From: Bacteroidota bacterium | Lineage (GTDB): Bacteria; Bacteroidota; Bacteroidia; Bacteroidales; UBA4417 | Assembly (NCBI GenBank): GCA_037128115.1 | Contig: JBAXXB010000002.1 | Location: forward strand, 1 to 55,087 | Direction: 5' to 3' | DNA: 55,087 nt | Shown here: positions 18,301 to 25,999 of the stretch, in pieces | How the letters are laid out: each line of letters starts with the position of its first letter | How positions within the stretch are numbered: position 1 is the stretch's first letter | Notes under the pieces: generated by a model | Seen by the model: the letters and a program-made list of their open reading frames with translations, nothing else | What the model was told of the DNA's origin: nothing | The model's database searches: none | Position numbers and translations under genes: made by a program

Positions 18301-19186
18301 TACCGCCGGGGCCGGAACACGCGAAATCACGGTTAGCTGGACCGGTAGCGGCAACCAGACGGTTAGTGCTAACTATACCAATTCACTGGGTTGTGCCTCC
18401 ATTGCACCTACAGTTTTTAACGTTCTGGTTGATCCTAAACCTGCTGCTGCAGGCATAATTACAGGAACCACGCCGGTATGTGCAGGAACTTCGGGAGTTG
18501 CCTACTCGGTGAGCCCTGTTGCCAATGCAACCGCTTATGTATGGACACTTCCTGCCGGGGCAAGTATAGCCGCCGGAACCGGGACCAACGCCATCACTGT
18601 TAATTTTGCAAATACAGCAGCCTCCGGCATCATCAAGGTAAATGCTACCAACGATTGCGGAAGCGGGGCTTCTTCACCTAACTATACCCTGGTGGTAAAT
18701 CCAATCCCTGCCACACCGGTAATCACCCAGCATCTTGACACGCTTACCAGCAGTGCCAATACAGGAAACCAGTGGTATCTAAACGGAACCGCCATCGCAG
18801 GCGCAACCGGCAAGAAACATATCGCTGTTTATACCGGTCATTATACGGTTGTTGTGACAGTGAACGGTTGCAGCTCAGCAGTATCGAATTCCATCCTGGT
18901 GCTGCCGGTTTCTGTTACCGACCTTAGCATCAGCAGGACGCTCGATATTTACCCGAACCCAAGCAACGGCCAGTTCACGGTTAAGGTTAATACGCTGAAG
19001 ACAGAGGAATATTCCATTGAAGTATACAACAACCTGGGAGCCATTATCTGGAAACAGGAAAATGTAAGCATCAACGGAACCTATACCGCCCATGTCGACC
19101 TGAATGGTTCGCCATCGGGTGTTTATATGGTTGCCTTACGGAACAAAGCCAACAGTATTGTGAAGAAGGTTGTGATTATGAACTAA
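12332..19186 (+). CDS. Giant (2284 aa) multi-domain T9SS-sorted surface protein / putative adhesin
   Basis: Signal peptide MKKSTFLAVFVMAFIFFGFQQLGRTQ. Thr/Ala/Gly-rich Ig/FN3-like modules, including three tandem units of about 98 aa ending ..NTTYHFR.. and six Cys-containing units of about 80 aa. Terminal NQWYLNG module and CTD LDIYPNPSNGQFTVKV...GVYMVAL..KKVVIMN. Confidence 0.9.
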   Translation: MKKSTFLAVFVMAFIFFGFQQLGRTQTLLLNENFDYTAATLLTANGWAAHSGAGTNAITVTAPLPVTYSGYLSSGVGNEVTVVASGEDDNKTFTSQTTGSVYASCLVNITTASLTGDYFFHFGQTIIGSTFRGRVFVKKDASNNLAFGIAQSTTVPNYTAFTYALNTTYLLVLKLDIVSGTANDVASIYINPTLNAVEPSSGWIANTDAAGTDLTDVGSIALRQGTAGNTTTLRLDGIRVATTWADIVGSASSAPTWTAGWPKAENAVPAGFTAKVNISVPGTSYFVVLPSGATAPTSAQVKAGQNAAGTSLAANLKGTIACAAGSTEYTSAVTGLSGATTYNVYFVAQDVSANLQAAPVMVSVTTTASGIAPVITTPTATSITNTTALLGGNITSDGGSALSERGTVWKLSAGVAITDNKLAEGGTATGIFTQSRTGLPVKTKIYYAAYATNTIGTTLSTEANFYTLANEPTTHVTGFAAAPVSTTAINLSWTAASTGADGYLILQKTGAVAPTGTPADATGYIVGAVVGDATVAAVVTSGATLLQAITGLTGATQYSFTIVPYAWDGTNATTYNYRTTATIPSASATTNTPPTSLYTWQGIDGAAWNVASNWNPTRTTPSTIDVLQFNDGTTKTVTAVPTETIGQLIFANNTIVNLQSAAAVTLTIGGFSGTDLVIPAGCALNLNAINVIAINLATGATGSISGNVAFSSTAATAHRLTAADAGGITFNSGATFTAGTFFSGNAFGATNANSVVFAAGSTYICQAGSNPFGLGQPASVVVFQTGSLFKIIANLTPSLSGRTYANMEVDFVGASLTATGGAATSVDNLTITNGTMNFNMTATPGHAIKGNITVAAGGILNFNPLTAGTINLGGTSAQTISNAGTLTFSALSTINVNNAAGIVLSSPVTMTNLSLTTGNITTGANTLTVNTSLTGGSATSFVNGKLARLYSVAGTAAFPIGKGGNYRPLTLNYSAIDAPSTVTAEQTESALTGTLPANTTLFTDRFWTLSQTGATAFTYDITLDGTGFTPTATPVLLKKDVATITSYSTTGVAPAYTTTGLTNFSDFALGNYTPPPVITSAPATLTGFTYILGAGPSAEQTFTVSAVNLTGNLVITGTANYQISTTSGAGFTSPITLSPTLGTVANTTIYVRLKAGLAAGAYNGEVINITSTGATTKTVTCSGNVLNPVLTLGSLSGFGNVCINTTSGPLTFTISGSDLTTANVTVAALAGFTYSTTAGGTYTASLSLPQPGGVYSATIYVKFSPTLVQSYNGNIAVGGGGAPSVNCAATGSGINTPPAVTTTSPATLVTGTTASCSGNVTDGGCATITARGICYGTTVNPDIAGSKTTEPGTTGVFTSALTGLIPVTTYHYRAYATSSIATTYGADFTFTTLAVAPTVITNAATLISGNGATLNGSVNANNSSTAVTFEYGTTIAYGTIVTATPSPVTGTSATGVSYILTGLIPNTTYHFRAVGVNVAGTTNGLDLSFTTSAILPTVVTTAATGITSVAANLNGTVNANNASTVATFEYGTTVAYGSVATAVPSPVTGTSATSVSYALSGLIPNTTYHFRVKGVNIAGTANGNDLTFTTTALAPTAVTIAATAVGPTAATLNGSVNANNQTATVTFQYGPTVAYGTTVNAVPNTVSGMTTTPVSAAITGLVINTTYHFRVVAVNGTGTTNGNDLTFVTNCNPADPAGAITGPVNACQSSNGIVYSVGLINQATSYVWTVPAGATIVSGSGTNSIVVNFGPTAASGNVTVYGASSCGNGAPSSLAITVYPIPVPVITGSATACITATTNFYSTLAGMVGYTWTVSAGGTITAGAGTNAITVTWTTLGAKTVTLNYSNAGGCTAVAPASFNVTVNAIPSPTLSGPAELCAGASGVVYTTDAGFANYVWTISYGGTITSGLNTNVITVNWATAGSRTISVNYANALGCSATTPTSHAVTVLSVPVPMITGDNEVCEGATGVTYSTQANNENYVWVISAGGTVTAGAGTREITVSWTGSGNQTVSANYTNSLGCASIAPTVFNVLVDPKPAAAGIITGTTPVCAGTSGVAYSVSPVANATAYVWTLPAGASIAAGTGTNAITVNFANTAASGIIKVNATNDCGSGASSPNYTLVVNPIPATPVITQHLDTLTSSANTGNQWYLNGTAIAGATGKKHIAVYTGHYTVVVTVNGCSSAVSNSILVLPVSVTDLSISRTLDIYPNPSNGQFTVKVNTLKTEEYSIEVYNNLGAIIWKQENVSINGTYTAHVDLNGSPSGVYMVALRNKANSIVKKVVIMN

Positions 19187-19206
19187 TAGGGATTCAGACC
19201 TTTACG

Positions 19207-19236
19207 AAAAAAGCCGGGTAGTTCCGGCTTTTTTCG
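19207..19236 (+). terminator. Rho-independent terminator after the giant adhesin gene
   Basis: AAAAGCCGG-GTAGTT-CCGGCTTTT followed by a T run, 20 nt after the stop codon. Confidence 0.8.
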
Positions 19237-19491
19237 TTCCCGTTTTCACCCTGTTTACTGGTTACTGAAATTTAGCACCCGGGCAATTCGTACCCTGCGA
19301 TAAAATCTTACTCAGCACCCGTACTTTTTCATACTTTTACCTTGTTAAGTATAGGTACTTACCGGCTATTACCCGGTCGTACCCCGCAAGAAAACAATTT
19401 GGACCGAACCTATGTTCTAGCTCGCCCTCAAAAGGGATTTTTTTTGAGCCGGCGGAACAAAATACATAGTAATCCACCACACCACTTTGAA

Positions 19492-20535
19492 ATGAAACTG
19501 AGAACCTTATTTTTATCCCTGGTCCTGCTTTCTGTATTTGCCAAAGCGCAAATCCCAACAGGATATTACAATGCAGCAAGCGGGCTTTCAGGGGCTCCGC
19601 TTAAAACAGCTTTGTATAATATTATTAAAGGGCATACATCAATCAGTTACGATGCGCTATGGACTGCCTTTCAGTACACTGATAAGAAAGCCGATGGAAA
19701 AGTATGGGATATGTACTCTAACTGCAGTTTTACGTTTGTTACCAATCAGTGCGGTAACTACAGTGCCGAGTGCGATTGCTATAACCGCGAACATTCGTGG
19801 CCAAAAAGCTGGTTCAACGATGCAACTCCCATGTATACTGATCTTTTCCACCTTGTCCCTGCTGATGGGAAGGTAAACGGGATGAGAGGCAACTATCCTT
19901 TTGGTCAGGTTACCAGCCCAACCTATACTTCGGGCAACGGCACCAAGGTAGGTCCATGCAGCTACCCGGGTTATACCGGTGATGTATTTGAACCGGTTGA
20001 CGAATACAAAGGAGATTTTGCAAGAAATTACTTCTATATGGCTACCCGTTACGAAAACGTAATCTCGACCTGGTATGCAAATGATGTGAATGCGGATGCT
20101 ATTTTACAGCCTAATTCCTACCCGGTTTTTGAAACCTGGTTCCTGAATATGCTGGGAGAATGGAGCGTAGCCGACCCGGTAAGCCAAAAAGAAATTGACC
20201 GTAATAATGTAATTTACACAAGTTACCAGCATAATCGCAATCCCTATATTGACCACCCGGAGTATGTATATGCGGTATGGGGTGTGGGAGCTACCAGCCT
20301 GCTGGCTGCAACGCCGGCCACACTTTCCGGTTTTACCTATGCGTTGGGCTTCGGTCCCTCATCCTCCCAGAGTTATAGCCTTAGTGGATCTTCTCTTATA
20401 CCTTCCAGCGGGAATATCACCGTTACAGGGAGCACCAACTTTCTAGTTTCATCCGACAATACAAGTTTCAGCAGTTCATTTGCTATTCCATACACCGGCT
20501 CGGCCCTGGCGGCAACCCCGGTTTATGTACATTAA
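19492..20535 (+). CDS. Endonuclease I family secreted nuclease (reading frame ends prematurely; see continuation at 20532-20978)
   Basis: The internal ATG at 19492 gives signal peptide MKLRTLFLSLVLLSVFAKAQ. Endonuclease I motifs CYNREHSWPKSWF and DLFHLVPADGKVNGMRGNYPFG. The frame stops at ..ATPVYVH* in the middle of an Ig-like module. Confidence 0.8.
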   Translation: MKLRTLFLSLVLLSVFAKAQIPTGYYNAASGLSGAPLKTALYNIIKGHTSISYDALWTAFQYTDKKADGKVWDMYSNCSFTFVTNQCGNYSAECDCYNREHSWPKSWFNDATPMYTDLFHLVPADGKVNGMRGNYPFGQVTSPTYTSGNGTKVGPCSYPGYTGDVFEPVDEYKGDFARNYFYMATRYENVISTWYANDVNADAILQPNSYPVFETWFLNMLGEWSVADPVSQKEIDRNNVIYTSYQHNRNPYIDHPEYVYAVWGVGATSLLAATPATLSGFTYALGFGPSSSQSYSLSGSSLIPSSGNITVTGSTNFLVSSDNTSFSSSFAIPYTGSALAATPVYVH

Positions 20536-20978
20536 AATCCGGGCTGGCCGCGGGAAATTACACCTCCGAAGTCGTGGCCAATGCAGGTGGCGGGGCTACT
20601 ACGGTAAATGTTAGCTGTAGCGGAAATGTAACTACCACTTTATCGCCGGAACCCACCAACTATACTACCAGCTTCTCAGCACACAATATTCACCTTCAAT
20701 GGGTCGATGCCCCGGGACCCGTGGTACCCGACGCTTACCTTATCCGTATGAGCAGCGTAGGTTTTTCATCCATTACTACACCTACTGATCATGTTGCCTA
20801 TGCGAACAGTGCGACCGATCAGAATGTAGCCTTTGGCATACAAAGTGCCTGGTTTAAAAACCTGAGTGCCAACACAACCTATTATTTCAAAATGTTCAGT
20901 TATTCAGGCAGCGGCACCGGCATCGATTATAAGACCGATGGTTCCGTTCCCCAACTGCAACAGGTAACAGGACAGTAA
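20532..20978 (+). pseudogene. Out-of-frame continuation of the endonuclease I gene (rest of Ig-like module plus FN3-like domain)
   Basis: The adjacent frame reads LKSGLAAGNYTSEVVANAGGGATTVNVSCSGNVT. This continues the interrupted module exactly as in the neighbouring adhesin (YVRLKAGLAAGAYNGEVINITSTGATTKTVTCSGNV). Restoring one nucleotide near 20530 joins the frames. Confidence 0.65.
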
Positions 20979-21079
20979 TTCCAGTTTCCGGGAACAAAGA
21001 GGTGATAGTTATTTAAGCGTGGCTTCTCCAGGCGCTTTCATAGCCTTGTTTTGTAATGGCGTTGTCCACAGCCCCGATC

Positions 21080-21778
21080 CTACTCCCTTGCAAATCCAAT
21101 GCAGGCCACGCTCAGTTTCACGCCTTCTATATCCAGCAGTATATGAGCGGCTGATTCAAGTGTAGCTCCGGTAGTTATTACATCATCAACCAGCAGTATA
21201 TGCCGGTTAGCAAGCTGCCCGGGTTCAGTTACCTTAAAAATTTCTTTCACGTTTTCCCATCGGGCGAAGCGTGACTTGCGGGTCTGGGTTTCGGTGTCCA
21301 CCGTTCGTATAAACGAAGTGGCATCCATTTCTATATTCATTGCTTTGGCCAGTCCTATGGCAAACTGTTCGCTCTGGTTGTAACCCCTTCGGCGTTGCTT
21401 GCCGGGATGCAGGGGAACAGGAATTACTTTCGCCACATCACTGAAGTTTCCAGCCTTTACAAGGTCGTCACCCAGCAGTTTCCCCAGGTAAACACCCACG
21501 TCCATGCGGTCCTTGTATTTCAACTGGTGTATCAGGTGCTGAACCTTGCTCTTTTTTTGAAAATTATACAGCGCTGCCGTATGTGCCAGGCGGGCCCTGC
21601 CCCAGAACACCTTATCAAGCGGGCTATCCTCCATCAGGTGGTAATTGGTTTTGGGGAGATGGTACAGGCAATAGGTACAGATGACTTCCTCGTGTTTAAA
21701 CAAGGAATTTCCACATGAGGCACAAACTCTCGGGTATAATAACGATATAAAATCTGCTATGAATCCTGGAATTTTCAT
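21080..21778 (-). CDS. ComF family protein (phosphoribosyltransferase domain)
   Basis: Start at the internal MKIPGFIADFISLLYPRVCASCGN...C..C zinc-ribbon-like N-terminus. PRTase motif HILLVDDVITTGATL. Confidence 0.8.
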   Translation of the reverse strand: MKIPGFIADFISLLYPRVCASCGNSLFKHEEVICTYCLYHLPKTNYHLMEDSPLDKVFWGRARLAHTAALYNFQKKSKVQHLIHQLKYKDRMDVGVYLGKLLGDDLVKAGNFSDVAKVIPVPLHPGKQRRRGYNQSEQFAIGLAKAMNIEMDATSFIRTVDTETQTRKSRFARWENVKEIFKVTEPGQLANRHILLVDDVITTGATLESAAHILLDIEGVKLSVACIGFARE

Positions 21779-21932
21779 AACCGGGTTGTGATACCCAAAG
21801 ATAGTGAAAAACGGCCTAAAACAGGCATCCCTCCGGCTTAAATGTACGCAGTAGTCACGGAAAGACACACCCTAAGCAAAGTACGTTTCAGCCCGCTATG
21901 CCGCTATAAACTAAAGTGGCCGCCCTGAAACT

Positions 21933-21968
21933 AAAAAGCCTGCCCGGGAAGAATTCCAGGCAGGCTTT
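21933..21968 (-). terminator. Rho-independent terminator downstream of the FKBP gene
   Basis: AGCCTGCC / GGCAGGCT 8-bp stem (21937-21944 / 21959-21966). The minus-strand transcript is followed by UUUUU (complement of the A run at 21933-21937). Confidence 0.65.
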
Positions 21969-22004
21969 ATTCATAAATTTTGCAATAGCTGAACTTACAA
22001 TGAA

Positions 22005-22589
22005 CTAGAGAATCTCCAGCAACTCTACGTCAAAGATCAGCGTCGCATTTGGCCCTATCATTTTGCCTGCACCCTGTGCACCATAGGCCAGGTTCGAAGG
22101 AATATAGAATTTATATTTTGCACCTTTCGACATGAGTTGCAGACCTTCGACCCAACCGGATATTACCTGGGTTACGCCGAATACTGCCGGCTCGCCGCGG
22201 CTTACCGAACTGTCGAAAACGGTTCCGTCGATCAGGGTGCCGGTATAATGCACCTTCACCTGGTTTTTGGCGGTAGCTTTCAACCCGGTTCCCTCGGCAA
22301 TCACTGAATACTGCAGCCCGCTTGGCAAAGTGATCACACCTGGCTGATTTTTGTTTTCCGCCAGGAAAACCATCCCACTTTCAGCGTTATCGCCTTCGGC
22401 ATTTTTCTGAAGTCCTTCGAAGTATTCATTCAGTATTTTGTTCACCTCGTCGGGTGTCATGGTTATTTCCTCATCATTTAATATAGCATTTACTCCTTTG
22501 GTAAAGTACTCTATTTCAAGTGCCTCAACACCAGAATTTCTTAAATTACTTGCAATACTCAGGCCTAAAGCGTAGCTGATGTCTTTCAT
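22005..22589 (-). CDS. FKBP-type peptidyl-prolyl cis-trans isomerase (FklB/Mip-like with N-terminal dimerisation domain)
   Basis: VKVHYTGTLIDGTVFDSSVSRGEPAVF...GWVEGLQLM..G.KYKFYIPS.LAYG...IGPNATLIFDVELLEI. Confidence 0.88.
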   Translation of the reverse strand: MKDISYALGLSIASNLRNSGVEALEIEYFTKGVNAILNDEEITMTPDEVNKILNEYFEGLQKNAEGDNAESGMVFLAENKNQPGVITLPSGLQYSVIAEGTGLKATAKNQVKVHYTGTLIDGTVFDSSVSRGEPAVFGVTQVISGWVEGLQLMSKGAKYKFYIPSNLAYGAQGAGKMIGPNATLIFDVELLEIL

Positions 22590-22663
22590 ATATTTTTCTT
22601 TTTTTGATTTTTTTGGGCTGCGAAGGTAAAACTTTTTATGCTTACTGAGAGGGTTGATTAACA

Positions 22664-22694
22664 GGATTTAGGATTTAGGGGTTGGGGTTAAGGG
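22664..22694 (+). repeat. TTAGGG/TTGGGG-like G-tract element
   Basis: GGATTTAGGATTTAGGGGTTGGGGTTAAGGG, about 75-105 nt upstream of the minus-strand FKBP start. It has the same flavour as 11463-11494 and 45847-45877. Confidence 0.7.
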
Positions 22695-22966
22695 AAAAAC
22701 CGTCTTGCATTTACCGATCAATACCTGGTTTCATTTGGGTCCTGATCATGCAGAAGGCATATTATGCACTGTAAATATTTGTCCAGGGAAAAGGACTGAA
22801 TAAAAGCGTACTTTTGGCTGATGCTGTTGGCTTATCACCAGCGCAGGTTCCGGGAATAATGCCGGATCCGTTAAGACCGCAATGTTTTATCTGACTGATT
22901 GTGATAGTATTAATAGCATTGAACAGATTCCAAATGCTGAATTCAACCGGCAATTAAACCTACAGT

Positions 22967-23935
22967 ATGAAAATTTCAATAAGAATGATGGCCTGTTTTG
23001 TGTCGGTTGCTTTAGCGGCAACACTGTTTAACGGATGTAAAAAAGAAGATAATGCCGGAAAACTAGTACCTGTCATCACCTGGGAAAACCCGGCTGATAT
23101 CAGTTTTGGCGTATTGCTGGGAGCCACACAACTGAATGCCACGGCCGACGTTGCAGGAACATTTGTTTACACCCCTGTTTTGGGAACCAAACTCTATACA
23201 GGTGACAACCAGGTTCTGAAAGTCCATTTCACCCCAACGGATGCATCCACCTATGATACCATAAGCAAATCCGTCTATATCAATGTCTTATCCGGTGTAA
23301 GCAGCGCCAGGTTTAATACAAACCTGACTTACGGAACCCTGACCGACATAGATGGGAATGTGTATAAAACCATTACTATAGGCACTTTGACCTGGATGGC
23401 CGAAAACCTTCGAACCACACGCTACCGCAACGGCGATACCATACACCTCGTGACCGGCAATACAGCCTGGAAAAACATGGTGAAAGAAGCCTACTGTAAT
23501 TACAAAAACAGTACCAACGCCGATACTGTTGCCACCCTGGGCCGCCTGTACAACTGGTTCGCGGTAACCGACAGCCGCAACCTGGCACCACTGGGCTGGC
23601 ATGTGGCCACTGACGCCGATTGGACGAGTTTAACGTCTTACCTGGGCAACGAGAGTGTAGCCGGCGGTAAACTTAAAGAAACGAATACCACGCATTGGGT
23701 AAGCCCGAATACAGGAGCAACCAACGAGAGTGGATTTACGGCCCTCCCCTCAGGGCGCCGTGAGTATACCGATGGCACATACATCAACCTGGGATACGAT
23801 GGGTTCTGGTGGACCAGTTCGGCATACAATCCTGATTATTCCTGGTATCGTTACCTCCACTACAATGTGGCGGATGCCTATCGCGCCAATTTTCACAAAC
23901 AATACGGGTTTTCGGTCAGGTGCGTAAAAGATTAG
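22967..23935 (+). CDS. FISUMP (Fibrobacter succinogenes major paralogous) domain lipoprotein
   Basis: Lipobox LFNGCKKE. FISUMP hallmarks TIGTLTWMAENLRTTRYRNGD, GRLYNWFAV, GWHVATDADWTSL, GGKLKE, ESGFTALPSGRR, GFWWTSS and YGFSVRCVKD. Confidence 0.85.
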   Translation: MKISIRMMACFVSVALAATLFNGCKKEDNAGKLVPVITWENPADISFGVLLGATQLNATADVAGTFVYTPVLGTKLYTGDNQVLKVHFTPTDASTYDTISKSVYINVLSGVSSARFNTNLTYGTLTDIDGNVYKTITIGTLTWMAENLRTTRYRNGDTIHLVTGNTAWKNMVKEAYCNYKNSTNADTVATLGRLYNWFAVTDSRNLAPLGWHVATDADWTSLTSYLGNESVAGGKLKETNTTHWVSPNTGATNESGFTALPSGRREYTDGTYINLGYDGFWWTSSAYNPDYSWYRYLHYNVADAYRANFHKQYGFSVRCVKD

Positions 23936-24080
23936 GAAATCAGTTCCTTTTACATACAACTATTTAATATATATCTTCCCCTTTACTCATTACCTGCCGG
24001 TTTTCAAAACCTGGTGCTTCAGTAAAAAGACCTGAGCAAACAGCTTAGATACCGGTCAGGACAGTAAAAAATCAAAAAAT

Positions 24081-24593
24081 ATGAAAAAACATTTATTCTC
24101 TGTGCTGTTCACCCTGGCGTGTATAAGCACAGGGATTTTACTTTCGGCCTCCGATCCAGTGGTTTATGGTGAATACACACCTGTTTATATGCTTCGTTCC
24201 GAAATGGAAAAGGCAGTGAAGATTGAAGCCGCACAACCCCTTCATACTACCGGGAAAATATACCTGTATGGAAACTATATACTTGTAAACGAACAGTATA
24301 AGGGAATTCATGTAATTGATAACAGCAACCCGGCTGCGCCTCAGAATATGGCTTTCCTTCATATTGACGGCTGTATTGACATAGCGATGAAAAACAACGT
24401 GCTGTACGCTGACAATGCCATTGACCTGATCGCATTGAAAACAAGCGACAACTTTTCCACGGTACAGCTCACCGAAAGAATAAAAGGCATTTTCCCCGAA
24501 CCCGAAGCACCCGACGGCTATTGGTCGAGGTATTCGGTTGACCGGTTCAGGCCGCAGGATGGAATTTTAGTTGCCTGGAAAAAGAAAAGCTAA
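24081..24593 (+). CDS. Secreted hypothetical protein, LVIVD-repeat-like
   Basis: Signal peptide MKKHLFSVLFTLACISTGILLSA. Segments GNYILVNEQYKGIHVIDNSNPAAPQNMAF and NNVLYADNAIDLIALK resemble LVIVD beta-propeller repeats. The CDS call is more secure than the family call. Confidence 0.55.
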   Translation: MKKHLFSVLFTLACISTGILLSASDPVVYGEYTPVYMLRSEMEKAVKIEAAQPLHTTGKIYLYGNYILVNEQYKGIHVIDNSNPAAPQNMAFLHIDGCIDIAMKNNVLYADNAIDLIALKTSDNFSTVQLTERIKGIFPEPEAPDGYWSRYSVDRFRPQDGILVAWKKKS

Positions 24594-24605
24594 ACAGGGG
24601 AACCT

Positions 24606-25352
24606 ATGAAAAAGAACTATCTATATATACTGCTTTCAGTCATTTCCCTTGTAATGACAAGCTGCGCTATGAGTGAAAAAACCGATACAGGAGGTAATGT
24701 TTCGGGCCAGGGCGGATCCACGGCCCGGTTTACCATTTCGGGTGATTATTTATACACTGTCGATCAATCCTCACTTCATTCCATCAGCCTGGTTGATGCC
24801 GAACACCCCATAGAAGTGGCAAATAAACCCCTGGGCATTTATACCGAAACCATTTTCCCCTACCAGAATTCGCTTTTGCTGGGCACCGAGACGGGTATGT
24901 TTGTGTTCGACTTAAGTGACCCGGCCAGTCCGCAACAAACCGCTTACTTCCAGCATATTCGTGCCTGCGACCCGGTAGTGGCAGAAAACGGCTATGCCTA
25001 TATCACGCTGAATATGGCAAACCAGCGCTGTACAACCGGGAAAAATGAGTTGCAAATTCTGAATATCAGCAATCCTAGCACCCCGTTTTGGGTTACCTCT
25101 GTTGTACTGTCGAGTCCCCTGGGGCTGGATATCCATAACGACACCTTGTATGTTTGCGACCAGGGTCTCAGGGTTTTTGATGTGAGTAACAAACTCATCC
25201 CGGTCGAAATCAGTTACCTTGGTGATATTCAGGCTAAAGACGTGATTTACCTGCAGGGCCGGCTTATTGTGATCGCCGCTGATGGCCTGTATCAATATCA
25301 GCAAACAGTCGGGGGGCTGCAGGAAATCAGCTCAATACCTATACAACCATGA
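24606..25352 (+). CDS. Lipoprotein, LVIVD-repeat-like beta-propeller
   Basis: Lipobox LVMTSCAM. Repeats GDYLYTVDQSSLHSISLVDAEHPIEV, GMFVFDLSDPASPQQ, LQILNISNPSTPF and NDTLYVCDQGLRVFDVSNKLIPV. Confidence 0.6.
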   Translation: MKKNYLYILLSVISLVMTSCAMSEKTDTGGNVSGQGGSTARFTISGDYLYTVDQSSLHSISLVDAEHPIEVANKPLGIYTETIFPYQNSLLLGTETGMFVFDLSDPASPQQTAYFQHIRACDPVVAENGYAYITLNMANQRCTTGKNELQILNISNPSTPFWVTSVVLSSPLGLDIHNDTLYVCDQGLRVFDVSNKLIPVEISYLGDIQAKDVIYLQGRLIVIAADGLYQYQQTVGGLQEISSIPIQP

Positions 25353-25999
25353 GCAGGAAGACACTTTTATTTACAATTTCCTTATTCACGTTGCTTATGA
25401 CAGCAGCTTATGCGCAGGAGCCGGAAACATTCGCTGCGCGGACTGGAATTGGTTTTGTGCCGCAATATAGCATCTCGGGTGGGTTGCGCTTTGACATCGA
25501 CCGCAGTCTTTCAAAAAAAACGAATCAGTGGATTATCCTTTCGCCCCAGGTATTTGCAGTTTCCGGGAGCCGGTATGGACACGACCTCAAAAAACTCTGG
25601 GGAGTCGGGCTGGATGTAAAACACAAAATTTACCTGAAACCGGAGAGCCTGAAACCGCGCGGTTACTATGTTCAGTATGGCCTAATGTTCCAGTACTTTT
25701 CGATCACGGATAGCCATACCCACCTCGAGCCATATATCGAAGACGGGGTGGAATATTATGGCATTTCAGAGAGAGAAATTACCACAACACTATACAAGTT
25801 CGGGGGAAATTTCCACCTGGGTTACCAATGGCTTATTAACGACAAAGTGTATTTTGATATTTATACCGGGGCCGGTATACGGATAAGCCACAACAGCCGC
25901 AACAAGGGTTTTGATACCTGGTACAACGATTACTGGGTCGATTACGGGTACTCCGGCACCCTGCTGGATGGAGGGCTCAGGATCGGCTTTTATTTCTGA
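25349..25999 (+). CDS. Predicted outer-membrane beta-barrel protein
   Basis: ATGA overlap with the previous gene. Signal peptide MSRKTLLFTISLFTLLMTAAYAQ. Alternating strands and a C-terminal GLRIGFYF (terminal aromatic residue typical of OMP barrels). Confidence 0.6.
   Translation: MSRKTLLFTISLFTLLMTAAYAQEPETFAARTGIGFVPQYSISGGLRFDIDRSLSKKTNQWIILSPQVFAVSGSRYGHDLKKLWGVGLDVKHKIYLKPESLKPRGYYVQYGLMFQYFSITDSHTHLEPYIEDGVEYYGISEREITTTLYKFGGNFHLGYQWLINDKVYFDIYTGAGIRISHNSRNKGFDTWYNDYWVDYGYSGTLLDGGLRIGFYF

Noticed and set aside
22762-23142. Two small minus-strand ORFs (63 and 60 aa) around the FISUMP gene start.
   Set aside because: They have no motifs. One overlaps the FISUMP signal-peptide region in antisense, and the other sits in the promoter region. 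They are likely spurious.
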